Under the pieces are notes generated by a model that saw only the letters and a program-made list of their open reading frames with translations, ran no database searches and was not told the DNA's origin. Below, in pieces: positions 1-9,805 of a DNA stretch of 64,000 bases. Both the position numbers and the translations under genes were made by a program. The stretch's first letter is position 1; every line of letters begins with the position of its first letter. The stretch is from an uncultured Poribacteria bacterium (GTDB lineage: Bacteria > Poribacteria > WGA-4E > WGA-3G), in NCBI GenBank assembly GCA_958296135.2, contig CATQHZ020000001.1, positions 992,001 to 1,056,000 on the forward strand. Reading direction: 5' to 3'.

Positions 1-2
1 TT

Positions 3-1178
3 TTTATTTCCTATGTTCGTGAGAACATGGACATAGTTGATCGGTTCTGCGAGGAACTTAAATCACGCGGTATTGAAGTTTGGCTGGACCGGGATGCTAT
101 TGATCCGGGTGCCCGATGGAAGCCAGAAATTCGGCGGGCTATTCATCAGGGGACTTTCTTCATCGCGTGTTTCTCAAAGGAATATAGTAGTCGTGGACAG
201 ACGTACATGAACGAAGAACTCATAATTGCAATTGAAGTCTTGCGTCAATTCCACGCGAATCGAATCTGGTTCCTTCCTGTCAAGTTGAACGAATGCGAAA
301 TTCCTGATACTGACATTGGGCGTAACGAAACCCTACGGGATCTGCAGTCTGTTGCCCTTTACGAAGACTGGAACCGTGGTATTCAACGTATCCTTGATGT
401 GATTCAACGCGAGTCTCCTTCTGTGTCAGAAGTTTCGCTCCCTTTTGTTGAGGAGCTTCAGGATCAGGCGGATCTGACATCCGATAACTCTGAAAATGAA
501 CGCCAAGCGGAATCAGTGTTCCAACAAGGTAATCATTGGATGATGTCAAGTCAACTAGATATGGCAATAGAAGCCTACTCGAATGCTATTGCTGTTAATC
601 CGCGCCATGCTCGGGCTTATCACTATCTGGCATTTGCTTATGAACGCAAAGGCGAGTTTGACGAGGCCATCGCGAACTATAGCGTCGTCATAAACCTTGA
701 ACAGGAATTTTTAGCAGATGCCTATAACAATCGCGGCAATGTTCATTTTAAGAAAAATGAAGTTGACACTGCCATCTCGGGCTTCAGTGAGGCGATAAAA
801 CTGAAGGAAGATCATGCCGCAGCTTATTGCAATCGCGGCGGTGCTTACTTCAAAAGAGGCGAGTTCAGTAGGGCTAAGGCGGACTGTAACAAAGCGATAG
901 ATCTGGACTTGGATTTCGCGGGTGCCTATTATCTTCGGGGTATTATTTACGTACGAGAAAATCGTCATAATCACGCCTTCAATGATTTTGATAAGGCGGT
1001 TTCCCTGAAACCCGATTTCGCCGAGGCCTATTACAATCGAGGAGTTTCCTACATTAGGAGACATGAGTTTGACCGCGCCTTTAACGATTTTGATAGGGCA
1101 ATAGAACTGAAACCCGATTTTGCTGAGGCAATCAAGGCTCGGGATCTTGTTCATCAACGACTACAGGAACAGACATAG
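3..1178 (+). CDS. TIR-domain + TPR-repeat protein (5' end beyond window)
   Basis: Frame is open upstream of ATG27 and reads FISYVREN (TIR betaA motif); VWLDRDAIDPGARW and MNEEL (TIR catalytic Glu region); about six AYxNRG-type TPR repeats at C-terminus. Confidence 0.85.
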   Translation, partial: FISYVRENMDIVDRFCEELKSRGIEVWLDRDAIDPGARWKPEIRRAIHQGTFFIACFSKEYSSRGQTYMNEELIIAIEVLRQFHANRIWFLPVKLNECEIPDTDIGRNETLRDLQSVALYEDWNRGIQRILDVIQRESPSVSEVSLPFVEELQDQADLTSDNSENERQAESVFQQGNHWMMSSQLDMAIEAYSNAIAVNPRHARAYHYLAFAYERKGEFDEAIANYSVVINLEQEFLADAYNNRGNVHFKKNEVDTAISGFSEAIKLKEDHAAAYCNRGGAYFKRGEFSRAKADCNKAIDLDLDFAGAYYLRGIIYVRENRHNHAFNDFDKAVSLKPDFAEAYYNRGVSYIRRHEFDRAFNDFDRAIELKPDFAEAIKARDLVHQRLQEQT

Positions 1179-1263
1179 CCCTAGTCTCATGCCCAAAGTG
1201 GTTACTTCCAACCGCGCCTCCCTCATCAAACCCGCGGGGTGGTTAGGTTTTGACAGAATTTTC

Positions 1264-1293
1264 TTGACATGCATTTGCCGAATAGGTTATCAT
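1264..1293 (+). promoter_or_regulatory. sigma70-like promoter
   Basis: TTGACA-N18-TATCAT, followed by RBS AAGGAGGTGA before ATG1393. Confidence 0.5.
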
Positions 1294-1392
1294 TAGAATG
1301 AAGGGGTATCTGCTGTCGCTGGACGCTGATTTCCCTGATTTTGAGGCATCGCACCGCTGAATGCGACTTTGTTTTTAAAGGAGGTGAGAGTC

Positions 1393-2355
1393 ATGATGAA
1401 CGTTCCGGCACAAGTAGAATGCGCGAACCGTGTCTATTCAGAAGCAATAGATTTAGTGAGTGCTAACAACTTTCTTGGTTGGCGACAACTTTCCAAGCGA
1501 GTTTGGTTAAATGCCCGCGAATCTTTAGTTCAATTGGGGCAAAACGAATTATTACCTGGGCCGCGATTGGGAAATACGGAAGATTTCGTAGACAAGGCGG
1601 TTGAGAGTATTTCGCCGCTCATTTCGCTAGCACTCGCGGGGGTTGAATCCGGCATTGAACAACTTAGAGATCAGAAATCTGTCTTTCTGGATCTGCTAAG
1701 CGTTTCCGACCCGGATCTTAACCCGTTCCTTACTTGGGAACGGCTCCGCCATACTCTTGGGTACGTAGACCACAGTTTGCATGGTGCTCTCTGCCTTGAT
1801 ATGGGACAAATCGATCTTGCGCTGGATCTGGCGCGAGTTAAAGTTGACTTGTATCGCGCGGAGGATTTCCGAGAGGTGTGGGAAGAAATTCCGCTTGTTG
1901 GTTGGTCTCAACTCATTGGGGAGAATGATTGTACGGAAGGATGGAAGTACATTGCCTCTGCCTATGAGAGATGGGACTGGTTGTCTCCCATATTCGCGGA
2001 CGACTTGAAGTACCGGACTTCATTGGTTGCGTATTATATGGCGTTGCACATCCATGAATTAGCGAAAGCCATCGTTTTACGCAGGCAAGGAGAGTCAAGG
2101 ACAAATTTTGCTAGTAATCTTTTTGTGCCGTTGACTTTTGTTTCCGAAGGGCGCGACATAAATGAGCGGGCTATGTCGTTACTGCACTGTCATCCTGAAG
2201 CGGTTACGACGTTGTGGTCTAGTTTAAACGTCACACGCGCAGATATGGAGGACTCCTGGGACAATTGGCTTGGCGAATGTCAGGTCTGGTTAAACAGTGT
2301 CTATAAATCTTCTTGTCAGGAAGTGCATCATAAGCATTTCTTTGAGAATTTTTGA
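1393..2355 (+). CDS. hypothetical alpha-helical protein
   Basis: Long ORF with strong RBS; no family recognised; AT-richer like the TIR gene. Confidence 0.75.
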   Translation: MMNVPAQVECANRVYSEAIDLVSANNFLGWRQLSKRVWLNARESLVQLGQNELLPGPRLGNTEDFVDKAVESISPLISLALAGVESGIEQLRDQKSVFLDLLSVSDPDLNPFLTWERLRHTLGYVDHSLHGALCLDMGQIDLALDLARVKVDLYRAEDFREVWEEIPLVGWSQLIGENDCTEGWKYIASAYERWDWLSPIFADDLKYRTSLVAYYMALHIHELAKAIVLRRQGESRTNFASNLFVPLTFVSEGRDINERAMSLLHCHPEAVTTLWSSLNVTRADMEDSWDNWLGECQVWLNSVYKSSCQEVHHKHFFENF

Positions 2356-2473
2356 CATTACCACCGCTACCGCTTCTTGCCATCCTATGAACGACATTGA
2401 GATGCGGGAGGGCGCACCTAGCGAAAATCGAGACCAGGAGGTCTCTCCTACCGGGGAGGCATCGGGGCCACAG

Positions 2474-2509
2474 AAAACGTCCGCGACCGTTAGGTTGCGG
2501 ACGTTTTTT
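2474..2509 (+). terminator. intrinsic terminator-like hairpin
   Basis: AAAACGTCCGCGACC-gtta-GGTTGCGGACGTTTTTT. Confidence 0.55.
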
Positions 2510-2755
2510 CGTGCAGGAGCGATCGCGGGGGACAGGCCCCCGCGCTACGGAAAAAGTGGCGGTTTTGGTAAGGTGCCCGGCATTGATGTTTTTTCGTTGC
2601 GGTTGAGCACTCGCGGGGGACAGGATCTCGCGATGTGGAGGAAGTGGCGGTTTTCGTGGGGGAAAACTGAATCGCGCTGTAAAAAATCCTCCTTGATATT
2701 TCCCTGCAATTAAGTTAAAATAAAAATAATAAAAACCCTGAAGCAATGCAGCGAC

Positions 2756-4138
2756 ATGATGAATGACATTTTAACACACTCCATAGCCGAACTCACGCGC
2801 GGCGACATCTCGCCGACGGAACTGATTCAGGCGACGTTCGCACAGATAGAACGCTGTGAACCGCAACTTAACGCTTTTATCTCGCTGTTTCACGAGGAAA
2901 GCCTGCAACGCGCGAAGGAAATAGAGGCTGAGATACGCCGCGGTGAAAGCCCCGGGCCGCTCAGCGGGATTCCTATTGCGATTAAGGATATCATCTACCT
3001 CGTCGGGACTGAAACGACATGCGGCGCGAAAAATTCGGTACGCACGGTTTCTAACCGCGTAATAGACGCAACCGCCATCACACGCCTGAAAGCCGCCGGC
3101 GCGATTATCATCGGGAAGACGAACTTGCATGAGCATGCGTTCGGCGTGACGACAGAGAATCCGCACTTCGGTGCGACGCGCAATCCGTGGGACACAGCGC
3201 ATGTTCCAGGGGGTTCAAGCGGCGGCTCGGGAGCTGCTGTGGCCGCGCGGCTCTGTACAGGTGCGCTCGGCACGGATACCGGCGGCTCGGTGCGCATCCC
3301 CGCGTCGCTCTGTGGCATCGTCGGTTTGAAACCGACGTATGGTAGGATTGGTGTCCAAGGCGTGGTAGAGCTCGCGCAGTCGCTGGATTGCGTCGGGCCG
3401 ATGTGCCGCACGGCGCACGATGTTGCAATTCTGATGAACGTCCTCGCGGGCGACTTGCCGCCTGTCTCGGATTACACCGCCGACCTGGGGAAGCCCATCG
3501 ATGGGATAAAGGTAGGGTTGCACAAAGCACACTTTTTTGAGAATCTGGACGCGGAAGTGGCGGCGGCGGTTGAGACTGCGATACAGGTGTTGGAAGAGTT
3601 AGGCGTTGAAATAGTTGAGTTGTCCCTGCCCTCGGTGCCTGATGCGCATCATGCCGCGCTCACGATTTTGATGGCGGAGGCAGCCCATTTCCATCGTGAA
3701 CGGCTCCTCGCGCACCGAGAAGATTACGGCACGGATGTCCGTGAACTCCTTGAGGCTGGACTTGAACTTTCGGCATTGGACTATGTCACCGCGGTCCGCG
3801 CGCGGGATGCGGCACGCCGTGATTTTGTGGAAGTGTTTTGGAAAGTTGACGTGCTTTTAACTCCGGCTACGCCTATCCCCGCGCCGCTGATTTCGGTAGA
3901 TACGGATTCTTCTGTCGGGCCATCAAATGCGCTTCGTCCGCGGCTAACGCAGGAGACTCGGATTTTCAATCTGCTGGGTTTGCCGGCGATTTCGGTGCCG
4001 TGTGGGTTTACTGAAGCGGGGCTCCCGGTAGGGATGCAGCTGGCTGGAAAGTTGTGGGATGAGAAACGGCTTATTCACATTGCGGATGCTTATCAAGCTG
4101 CAACTGGGTGGCATACGCGGTATCCGGATGGTTTATAG
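2756..4138 (+). CDS. amidase signature family protein (GatA/AtzE-like)
   Basis: IAIKD, GKTNLHE, PGGSSGGSGAAVA, GTDTGGSVRIPAS motifs. Confidence 0.9.
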   Translation: MMNDILTHSIAELTRGDISPTELIQATFAQIERCEPQLNAFISLFHEESLQRAKEIEAEIRRGESPGPLSGIPIAIKDIIYLVGTETTCGAKNSVRTVSNRVIDATAITRLKAAGAIIIGKTNLHEHAFGVTTENPHFGATRNPWDTAHVPGGSSGGSGAAVAARLCTGALGTDTGGSVRIPASLCGIVGLKPTYGRIGVQGVVELAQSLDCVGPMCRTAHDVAILMNVLAGDLPPVSDYTADLGKPIDGIKVGLHKAHFFENLDAEVAAAVETAIQVLEELGVEIVELSLPSVPDAHHAALTILMAEAAHFHRERLLAHREDYGTDVRELLEAGLELSALDYVTAVRARDAARRDFVEVFWKVDVLLTPATPIPAPLISVDTDSSVGPSNALRPRLTQETRIFNLLGLPAISVPCGFTEAGLPVGMQLAGKLWDEKRLIHIADAYQAATGWHTRYPDGL

Positions 4139-4159
4139 GGGGCCGGGGGTTGTCGCCGC

Positions 4160-4640
4160 GCGCGAGAGATCGCGAGGGACAGGTCTTCGCGCTACGGTGA
4201 AAGGGGCCGTTCTGGGGGATCGGGGCTTCGCGAGGGACAGGCCCTCGCGCTACGGTATGCAGGGGCGTTTTTGTTTGGGTCTAAGGATTGCGAGGGGCCG
4301 GTCTTCGCGCTGCGGTTAAAGGGGGTTCTCTTGTTGTGAACGATCGCGAGGGACAGGTCTTCGCGCTGCGGTGAAAGGGGCCGTTCTGGGGGATCGGGGC
4401 TTCGCGAGGGACAGTGGACATCTCTGCAGCGAGGCGGCAAAGATGACAAAGTTTCGGCGTAACGGCCCTCGCGCTGCGGTGAAAGGGGCCGTTCTGGGGG
4501 ATCGGGGCTTCGCGAGGGACAGTGGACATCTCTGCAGCGAGGCGGCAGAGATGACAAAGTTTCGGCGTAACGGCCCTCGCGCTACGGTGAGACGAACGAT
4601 GTCGGGGCTTCGTGAGGGGCAGGTCCGCGCGCGATGGGAC
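4160..4640. repeat. GTAG-REP mosaic (BIME-like) cluster
   Basis: Repeated CGCGAGGG-acagg-CCCTCGCG-CTAC palindromes plus a ~109-bp duplicated unit. Confidence 0.85.
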
Positions 4641-4670
4641 GCATAACGGTTATGATGAAGGGAGGAGATA

Positions 4671-5513
4671 ATGATGAGACTTGAAGGAAAAGTTGCAGTT
4701 GTCGCCGGGGCGGCATGGGGCGGCATTGGCGCGGCCACCGCCTACCGGTTCGCACGCGAAGGCGCAAAGGTGGTTGTTAATACCCGCCGCCGAGAAGGAA
4801 AATTGGCTGAAACGGTTGAACGGATTCAGGATGCAGGCGGTGAAGCTGTCGCTGTGATGGGCGATGTCGCGGACGAAACGACGTGGCAGAATCTCGTCAA
4901 AACGGCATTGACGAACTACGGCGCGCTCACGACGCTTGTCCATAACGCTGCGCATTCCTACACGAAAAAAGCGATTGAGTTTACGCTAGCGGAGTGGAAT
5001 GAAAGCCTCGGTGTGACGCTCGGCGGTCCCTGGCTCGGCGCAAAGTATTGTATCCCGGAGATGATTCGCAACGGGGGCGGGAGTCTCGTGTTTATCTCTA
5101 CCGTCAATGCCACGATTACGAACCCCGGCTTTGGGCTTTATGGCGCGGGGAAAGGTGGCCTGAACGCCTTGACGCGCAGCATCGCGCTCGATTACGGCAG
5201 GGCGGGGATTCGCGCGAACGCCATCGCACCTGGGCAGATTGTCGGTGAACGCGGGGAACTCTCCCTCGCTGAGGACGCGCTGGAGGAACAAGCCTCGCGC
5301 GACTGTTACCCGATCGGACGTTATGGCAAGCCGGAGGATATTGCCAATGCCGCGCTCTTCTTGGCATCCGATGAAGCAGATTTCGTGACAGGCATTGTCT
5401 TGACAGCGGATGGCGGCTTGACGCTGCAATCGCCGGAGGCACTGGTGCGTCCCTCTTTTCGGCGCCGCTGGCGCGATGATATTCTGGTGCCGCAACCGAA
5501 AGCGGATACCTAA
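4671..5513 (+). CDS. SDR family oxidoreductase
   Basis: GAAWGGIG Rossmann motif, HNAA, YGAGK catalytic YxxxK, IRANAIAPG. Confidence 0.9.
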   Translation: MMRLEGKVAVVAGAAWGGIGAATAYRFAREGAKVVVNTRRREGKLAETVERIQDAGGEAVAVMGDVADETTWQNLVKTALTNYGALTTLVHNAAHSYTKKAIEFTLAEWNESLGVTLGGPWLGAKYCIPEMIRNGGGSLVFISTVNATITNPGFGLYGAGKGGLNALTRSIALDYGRAGIRANAIAPGQIVGERGELSLAEDALEEQASRDCYPIGRYGKPEDIANAALFLASDEADFVTGIVLTADGGLTLQSPEALVRPSFRRRWRDDILVPQPKADT

Positions 5514-5533
5514 TTCCCGAAGGAGGCGACACT

Positions 5534-6220
5534 ATGTGTGGAAGATTTACCTTGGCAAGCGAAACCGAGGCAGTAGCACAAACTTTCTTTGACGTTGAGA
5601 TACCGATGCGGCTCGCGCCGCGCTATAACATCTCGCCGACGCAGGATGTGGCTGTCATCGCCAACACGTCAAGCGATGAACTGCCTGCAAAAATCGAATT
5701 CTTTCACTGGGGGCTTATCCCTTCTTGGGCGAAGGACCCGAAAATCGGGAACCGGATGATTAACGCGCGCTCAGAGACATTAGCAGAGAAACCCTCCTTC
5801 CGTGCTGCCTATAAACGGCGACGGTGCCTGATTGTGGCGGATGGCTACTACGAGTGGCAAAAGGTGCCCGGTGAACGGTTGAAGCAGCCTATCTACATTC
5901 GACTTCAATCCGAAAAGCCGTTCGCGTTGGCGGGGTTATGGGAGGTGTGGCAGACAGATGAGATGGAGGAGCCGGTTCGTTCCTGCACCATCATCACGTG
6001 CGCGCCGAACGCGTTGTTGAAGCAGGTTCACCATCGAATGCCGGTGATTTTACCGGCGGATGCCTATGCGCAGTGGCTCTCATCGGAGGAGCAGCCGGCG
6101 GAGGCGTTGCAGCCGCTGCTCGCTCCCTATCCGAGTGAGGAGATGGAGGCGTATCCGGTGTCGCGGTTTGTCAATCGTCCGATGAACGATTCGCCTGAGT
6201 GCATCGTGCCTTATGTGTAG
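5534..6220 (+). CDS. SOS response-associated peptidase (SRAP/YedK/HMCES family)
   Basis: N-terminal MCGRF, RYNISP, WGLIPSW, NARSET, YYEW, HHRMPVIL. Confidence 0.95.
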   Translation: MCGRFTLASETEAVAQTFFDVEIPMRLAPRYNISPTQDVAVIANTSSDELPAKIEFFHWGLIPSWAKDPKIGNRMINARSETLAEKPSFRAAYKRRRCLIVADGYYEWQKVPGERLKQPIYIRLQSEKPFALAGLWEVWQTDEMEEPVRSCTIITCAPNALLKQVHHRMPVILPADAYAQWLSSEEQPAEALQPLLAPYPSEEMEAYPVSRFVNRPMNDSPECIVPYV

Positions 6221-6222
6221 CG

Positions 6223-6246
6223 GTAGGCGCGCTTTGAAAGCGCGCC
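6223..6246 (+). repeat. GTAG-REP (GCGCGCTTT-g-AAAGCGCGC class)
   Basis: Same palindrome recurs at ~61738-61760. Confidence 0.7.
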
Positions 6247-6279
6247 TCCGGCAGGTTCCTCCCTTCGGGAGATACAAGA

Positions 6280-9200
6280 ATGTCAGTCAACTTCGCCATC
6301 TCACAGATACTCATCAGTGGCCTCCTCGGCGTGCTTACGTTCGTCTGGGGCATTCTCCGGTATCGCCGGAAAGCCCGGCACCGCCGCGGTGCCGCAAAAC
6401 TGCAGGCCTACCTACTGTGGTGCCTCAGCGGCCTCATCGCTGTCAGCAGCTTCGTGCCGCTCGCCTATTTGTATACAGAGCATCTCTGGTTTGAGAGCGT
6501 TGGGTATACCGATGTTTTCTGGCGACTCTACAAGACGCGCTGGGGCATCTTCGGCATTTTCTTCCTCGTGGCACTCGTTTTTATGAACGTGAACGCCGCT
6601 ATCGCGAATCGGCTCTGTCCGGAATCGCGCGAATTTCGGCGATGGACGCACACCCGCACTGTATCCTTCCACTGGACGGTTTTCAGCCTCATCTTTTTCG
6701 CCGCGGTGCTGCTCGCCGTGCCGATGTTGCTGTTAGACGATGCGGCTATCCGCTACCTGCATCGGCCTCTGTCTGCTGTGGGTGACGATGCAGCGCGCCT
6801 CCAAAGCACGCCGCCCGGGGCAGACGATGTGTTCGGGAAACCGCTCAATTTCTATCTCTTCAACTTCCCGGTTCACCGCTGGGTAAGCCTCTGGGTAAAA
6901 ATTCTGCTGTGGGTAACGTGTGCCATCGTAGGGTTGCTATACAATTTCTACTATCGGCGCGATGCACGCACGATGACGCGCGTCAAGAAATATATCGTCG
7001 TCCACGGCTCCGTTTTATGGCTCATGTTACTAGCAACCGGGGTGTGGCGCAGTTTTGTGAATCTGTGGAGCAAGGTTTACTCGACTCCCCTCTCGGAGGG
7101 CCTTACGCGAGTTCACGGGCTTTTCTACGTGGATGTCCAGTTTGAAGGCGCGACTCAGCTCTATTGCGGTGTCCTCTTCGGTGTCGGCATCGCGGTGCTG
7201 CTGAACCTATTTTGGCGGAACCGGCTCTTGTGGTATGCCGCCATTGGGATGTGGTTTTTCGGTTATGTTACGCTGATTCACGTTTATCCACTCGCCGTGT
7301 ATTGGTGGGATGTCAGGCCGAATCCTCCCGCGAAGGAGGCACCTCACATTGCGCTGCATATTGAAAACACGCGCGACGCGTTCGATCTGGATAGCATTGT
7401 GGAAAAGGATTATGAGAAAGGCGAGGCGACCCTGGAGATAATCAATCGCAACGAGGAGGTCAAAGCGAATATCCAACTCTGGGACCGCCGTGTCCTCTAT
7501 AACGTTTTGCGCGATGACCAGATTGAAGTGCATCACGATTTTCATCCGTATACCGATGTTGATAGGTATCGGGTGGGCGGTAGGCGCGCGATGCCCGATA
7601 CCCCCGAGTCCGTAGCGCGAGGGAAACCTGTCCCTCACGAGTTGCCGGCACAGTACCGACAGGTGCTCATCGCCGCGCGAGAACCCAGCCCGGATACAAA
7701 AGAATGGTCGAAGTTGAAACTGACGTTTACGCACGGCTATGGTGTGTGCGTTGCGCCTGTGAACGAATTTCTGGGAGGTAGCGGTTTGCCGGATTTGTGG
7801 GTGAAGGATGTGCCGCTGAAGATAAGGCGTGCGTATAAAGCGGAGTTGAACGTGTCGCAACCGCGCATTTATTATGGGGAGATGACGCACGATTATGTCA
7901 TCGTTAACACTAAGGAGAGTGAGCATAACATTACCCGGAAGGTTGACTTGGGTACCGGCGATTCGCCACAAAACCAGCTGCTAGATACCGAAGAATGGCA
8001 CACGCCGCCTTATCTGGAGGCCGCGTATCACTATGATGGCAGTGGGGGTGTTGCGTTAAGTGGGTGGTTTCGGCGGCTCTGTTTTGCGATTCGGTTTGAC
8101 TTTTTTCGTATCCTGCGCCAGCCGGCGATTACCCCGGAGAGTCGTCTGATGTTCTGGCGCAAGATTGGCACACGGCGGGGCAACCGGGTTGTCACCGATC
8201 GGATTTCGCATATCGCGCCGTTCCTTAACTACGATGCAGACCCGTATGTTGTCATTAACGAGGGCAATTTATATTGGATTGTCGATTTCTATGTTACCAG
8301 TCGGCATTACCCGAACGCGCAATTCTATGAAGACGATACTTCGCTGCTCCCGGATAGCGAGTTGTATGCGGAGCCGCGGTTCAAGAAATTCAATTACATC
8401 AGAAATGCGGGGGTGGCGGTTGTTAACGCCTACACTGGCGCGGTGAGTTTTTATGCGATTAAGGACGATGAGTTGATTACGGATGCCTATCGGCGCGCGT
8501 TTCCGAATCTGTTTAGAGGGGTAGACGAGATGCCGGTCGGATTGCGAGCGCATCTCCGCTTTCCCGATTACCTCACCCGCATCCAAGCGAAGATGTATGG
8601 TGACTACCATGTCCGGGATGCGAAAACCTTTTACGACAAGGATAAGCAGTGGAAGATTCCGAAAGAGGCGTATTATTCTGAAACGCCGGACCAGGAGATG
8701 ATGCCCTACTACGCGATGCTCAAGTTACCGGGTGAGGCGCGCGCGGAGTTTGTCAACGTTATTCCGTTTACGCCGCCGAGGAAAGTGAACTATATGAAGG
8801 CGTGGATGGTTGCGCGCTGCGATGCGCCGCACTATGGACAACGTATCGTCTATATCCTATCTGACCAGGTGAGTGTTGAGGGCCCGAAGCAGGTGGAGGA
8901 CGATATTAATAAGCATTTATCTGGCAGTTTTCGGGATTGGAAGGAGGCGAACGACGTTATCCGGGGCAATCTGCATGTTATCCCGATTGAGGATGGCGTT
9001 TTTTACGTTGAGCCGATTTACCTTGTCCCGAAAAAAGATGCGACATCTCAGGAGGATAACGGCGCGGACCCGGTCCAGAAGCGGCCGAAGTTAGCGGCGG
9101 TAGTCGTCAAAGCGGGGGACAACGAGTTGGCTTGGGATACGTCGTTTGATGGCGCGATCCAGAAGATATTTTTAGGGCGCGAGGTGTCGCCTCCTATTGC

Positions 9201-9291
9201 GCCTTCTGCGGCTGAGGCGGAGCGGCCTTCAAAAGATGAGCGCATTCGGATGTTGGTGCAGCAGTTGCTGGAAGAGTTAGATGCGCCGTAA
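6280..9291 (+). CDS. UPF0182 family membrane protein
   Basis: LWFESVGY, multiple TM helices, DVDRY, THGYG, QPRIYYGE, APFL.YDADPY, NYIRN. Confidence 0.9.
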   Translation: MSVNFAISQILISGLLGVLTFVWGILRYRRKARHRRGAAKLQAYLLWCLSGLIAVSSFVPLAYLYTEHLWFESVGYTDVFWRLYKTRWGIFGIFFLVALVFMNVNAAIANRLCPESREFRRWTHTRTVSFHWTVFSLIFFAAVLLAVPMLLLDDAAIRYLHRPLSAVGDDAARLQSTPPGADDVFGKPLNFYLFNFPVHRWVSLWVKILLWVTCAIVGLLYNFYYRRDARTMTRVKKYIVVHGSVLWLMLLATGVWRSFVNLWSKVYSTPLSEGLTRVHGLFYVDVQFEGATQLYCGVLFGVGIAVLLNLFWRNRLLWYAAIGMWFFGYVTLIHVYPLAVYWWDVRPNPPAKEAPHIALHIENTRDAFDLDSIVEKDYEKGEATLEIINRNEEVKANIQLWDRRVLYNVLRDDQIEVHHDFHPYTDVDRYRVGGRRAMPDTPESVARGKPVPHELPAQYRQVLIAAREPSPDTKEWSKLKLTFTHGYGVCVAPVNEFLGGSGLPDLWVKDVPLKIRRAYKAELNVSQPRIYYGEMTHDYVIVNTKESEHNITRKVDLGTGDSPQNQLLDTEEWHTPPYLEAAYHYDGSGGVALSGWFRRLCFAIRFDFFRILRQPAITPESRLMFWRKIGTRRGNRVVTDRISHIAPFLNYDADPYVVINEGNLYWIVDFYVTSRHYPNAQFYEDDTSLLPDSELYAEPRFKKFNYIRNAGVAVVNAYTGAVSFYAIKDDELITDAYRRAFPNLFRGVDEMPVGLRAHLRFPDYLTRIQAKMYGDYHVRDAKTFYDKDKQWKIPKEAYYSETPDQEMMPYYAMLKLPGEARAEFVNVIPFTPPRKVNYMKAWMVARCDAPHYGQRIVYILSDQVSVEGPKQVEDDINKHLSGSFRDWKEANDVIRGNLHVIPIEDGVFYVEPIYLVPKKDATSQEDNGADPVQKRPKLAAVVVKAGDNELAWDTSFDGAIQKIFLGREVSPPIAPSAAEAERPSKDERIRMLVQQLLEELDAP

Positions 9292-9344
9292 GCGTTCCAA
9301 GGCCGTGGGGCGGGGTTGTGCTTCGCGGAGGGCTTGATAGACCG

Positions 9345-9720
9345 CGGCATGGCGAGGGACAGGCCCTCGCGCTCGTTTGCGGCGAAAGGGGCCCTTTTCA
9401 CCGTAGGGCGAGGGCCCGGCGATCGCGAATCGCCGAGGGTTCCCCTCGCGCTCGTTTGCGGCGAAAGGGGCCTTTTCATCGTAGCGCGAGGGCCTGTCCC
9501 TCGCGATCGTTCTGCGGAACAAAAAATACGAATAGCTAGCCGAACGTTCCTCATCAGATCGCAGCATGGCGAGGGACAGGCCCTCGCCCTACGGTAAAGG
9601 GGCCGATCGTGCCCTACGGTAAAGGGGCCGATCGCAGCCTGGCGAGGGGGACCCCCTCGGCGATTCGCGCTCGCCGGGTTTTCCCGCGCGCTACGGACGA
9701 AGGGCCTTTTAGCCGTGGCG
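9345..9720. repeat. GTAG-REP mosaic cluster
   Basis: GGCGAGGG/CCCTCGCC and CGCGAGGG/CCCTCGCG palindromes in both orientations. Confidence 0.85.
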
Positions 9721-9732
9721 CGGGGGTTGGAT

Positions 9733-9761
9733 TTGACATATCCATCGGTTTATGGTATAAT
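9733..9761 (+). promoter_or_regulatory. sigma70 consensus promoter with extended -10
   Basis: TTGACA-N17-TATAAT with TG. Confidence 0.75.
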
Positions 9762-9805
9762 AATTGGCATAACAAAAGCCTTGATATAAGGAGAATCAAT
9801 TCTAA

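Noticed and set aside
2756-4138. gatA
   Set aside because: Generic amidase signature; no gatB or gatC adjacent
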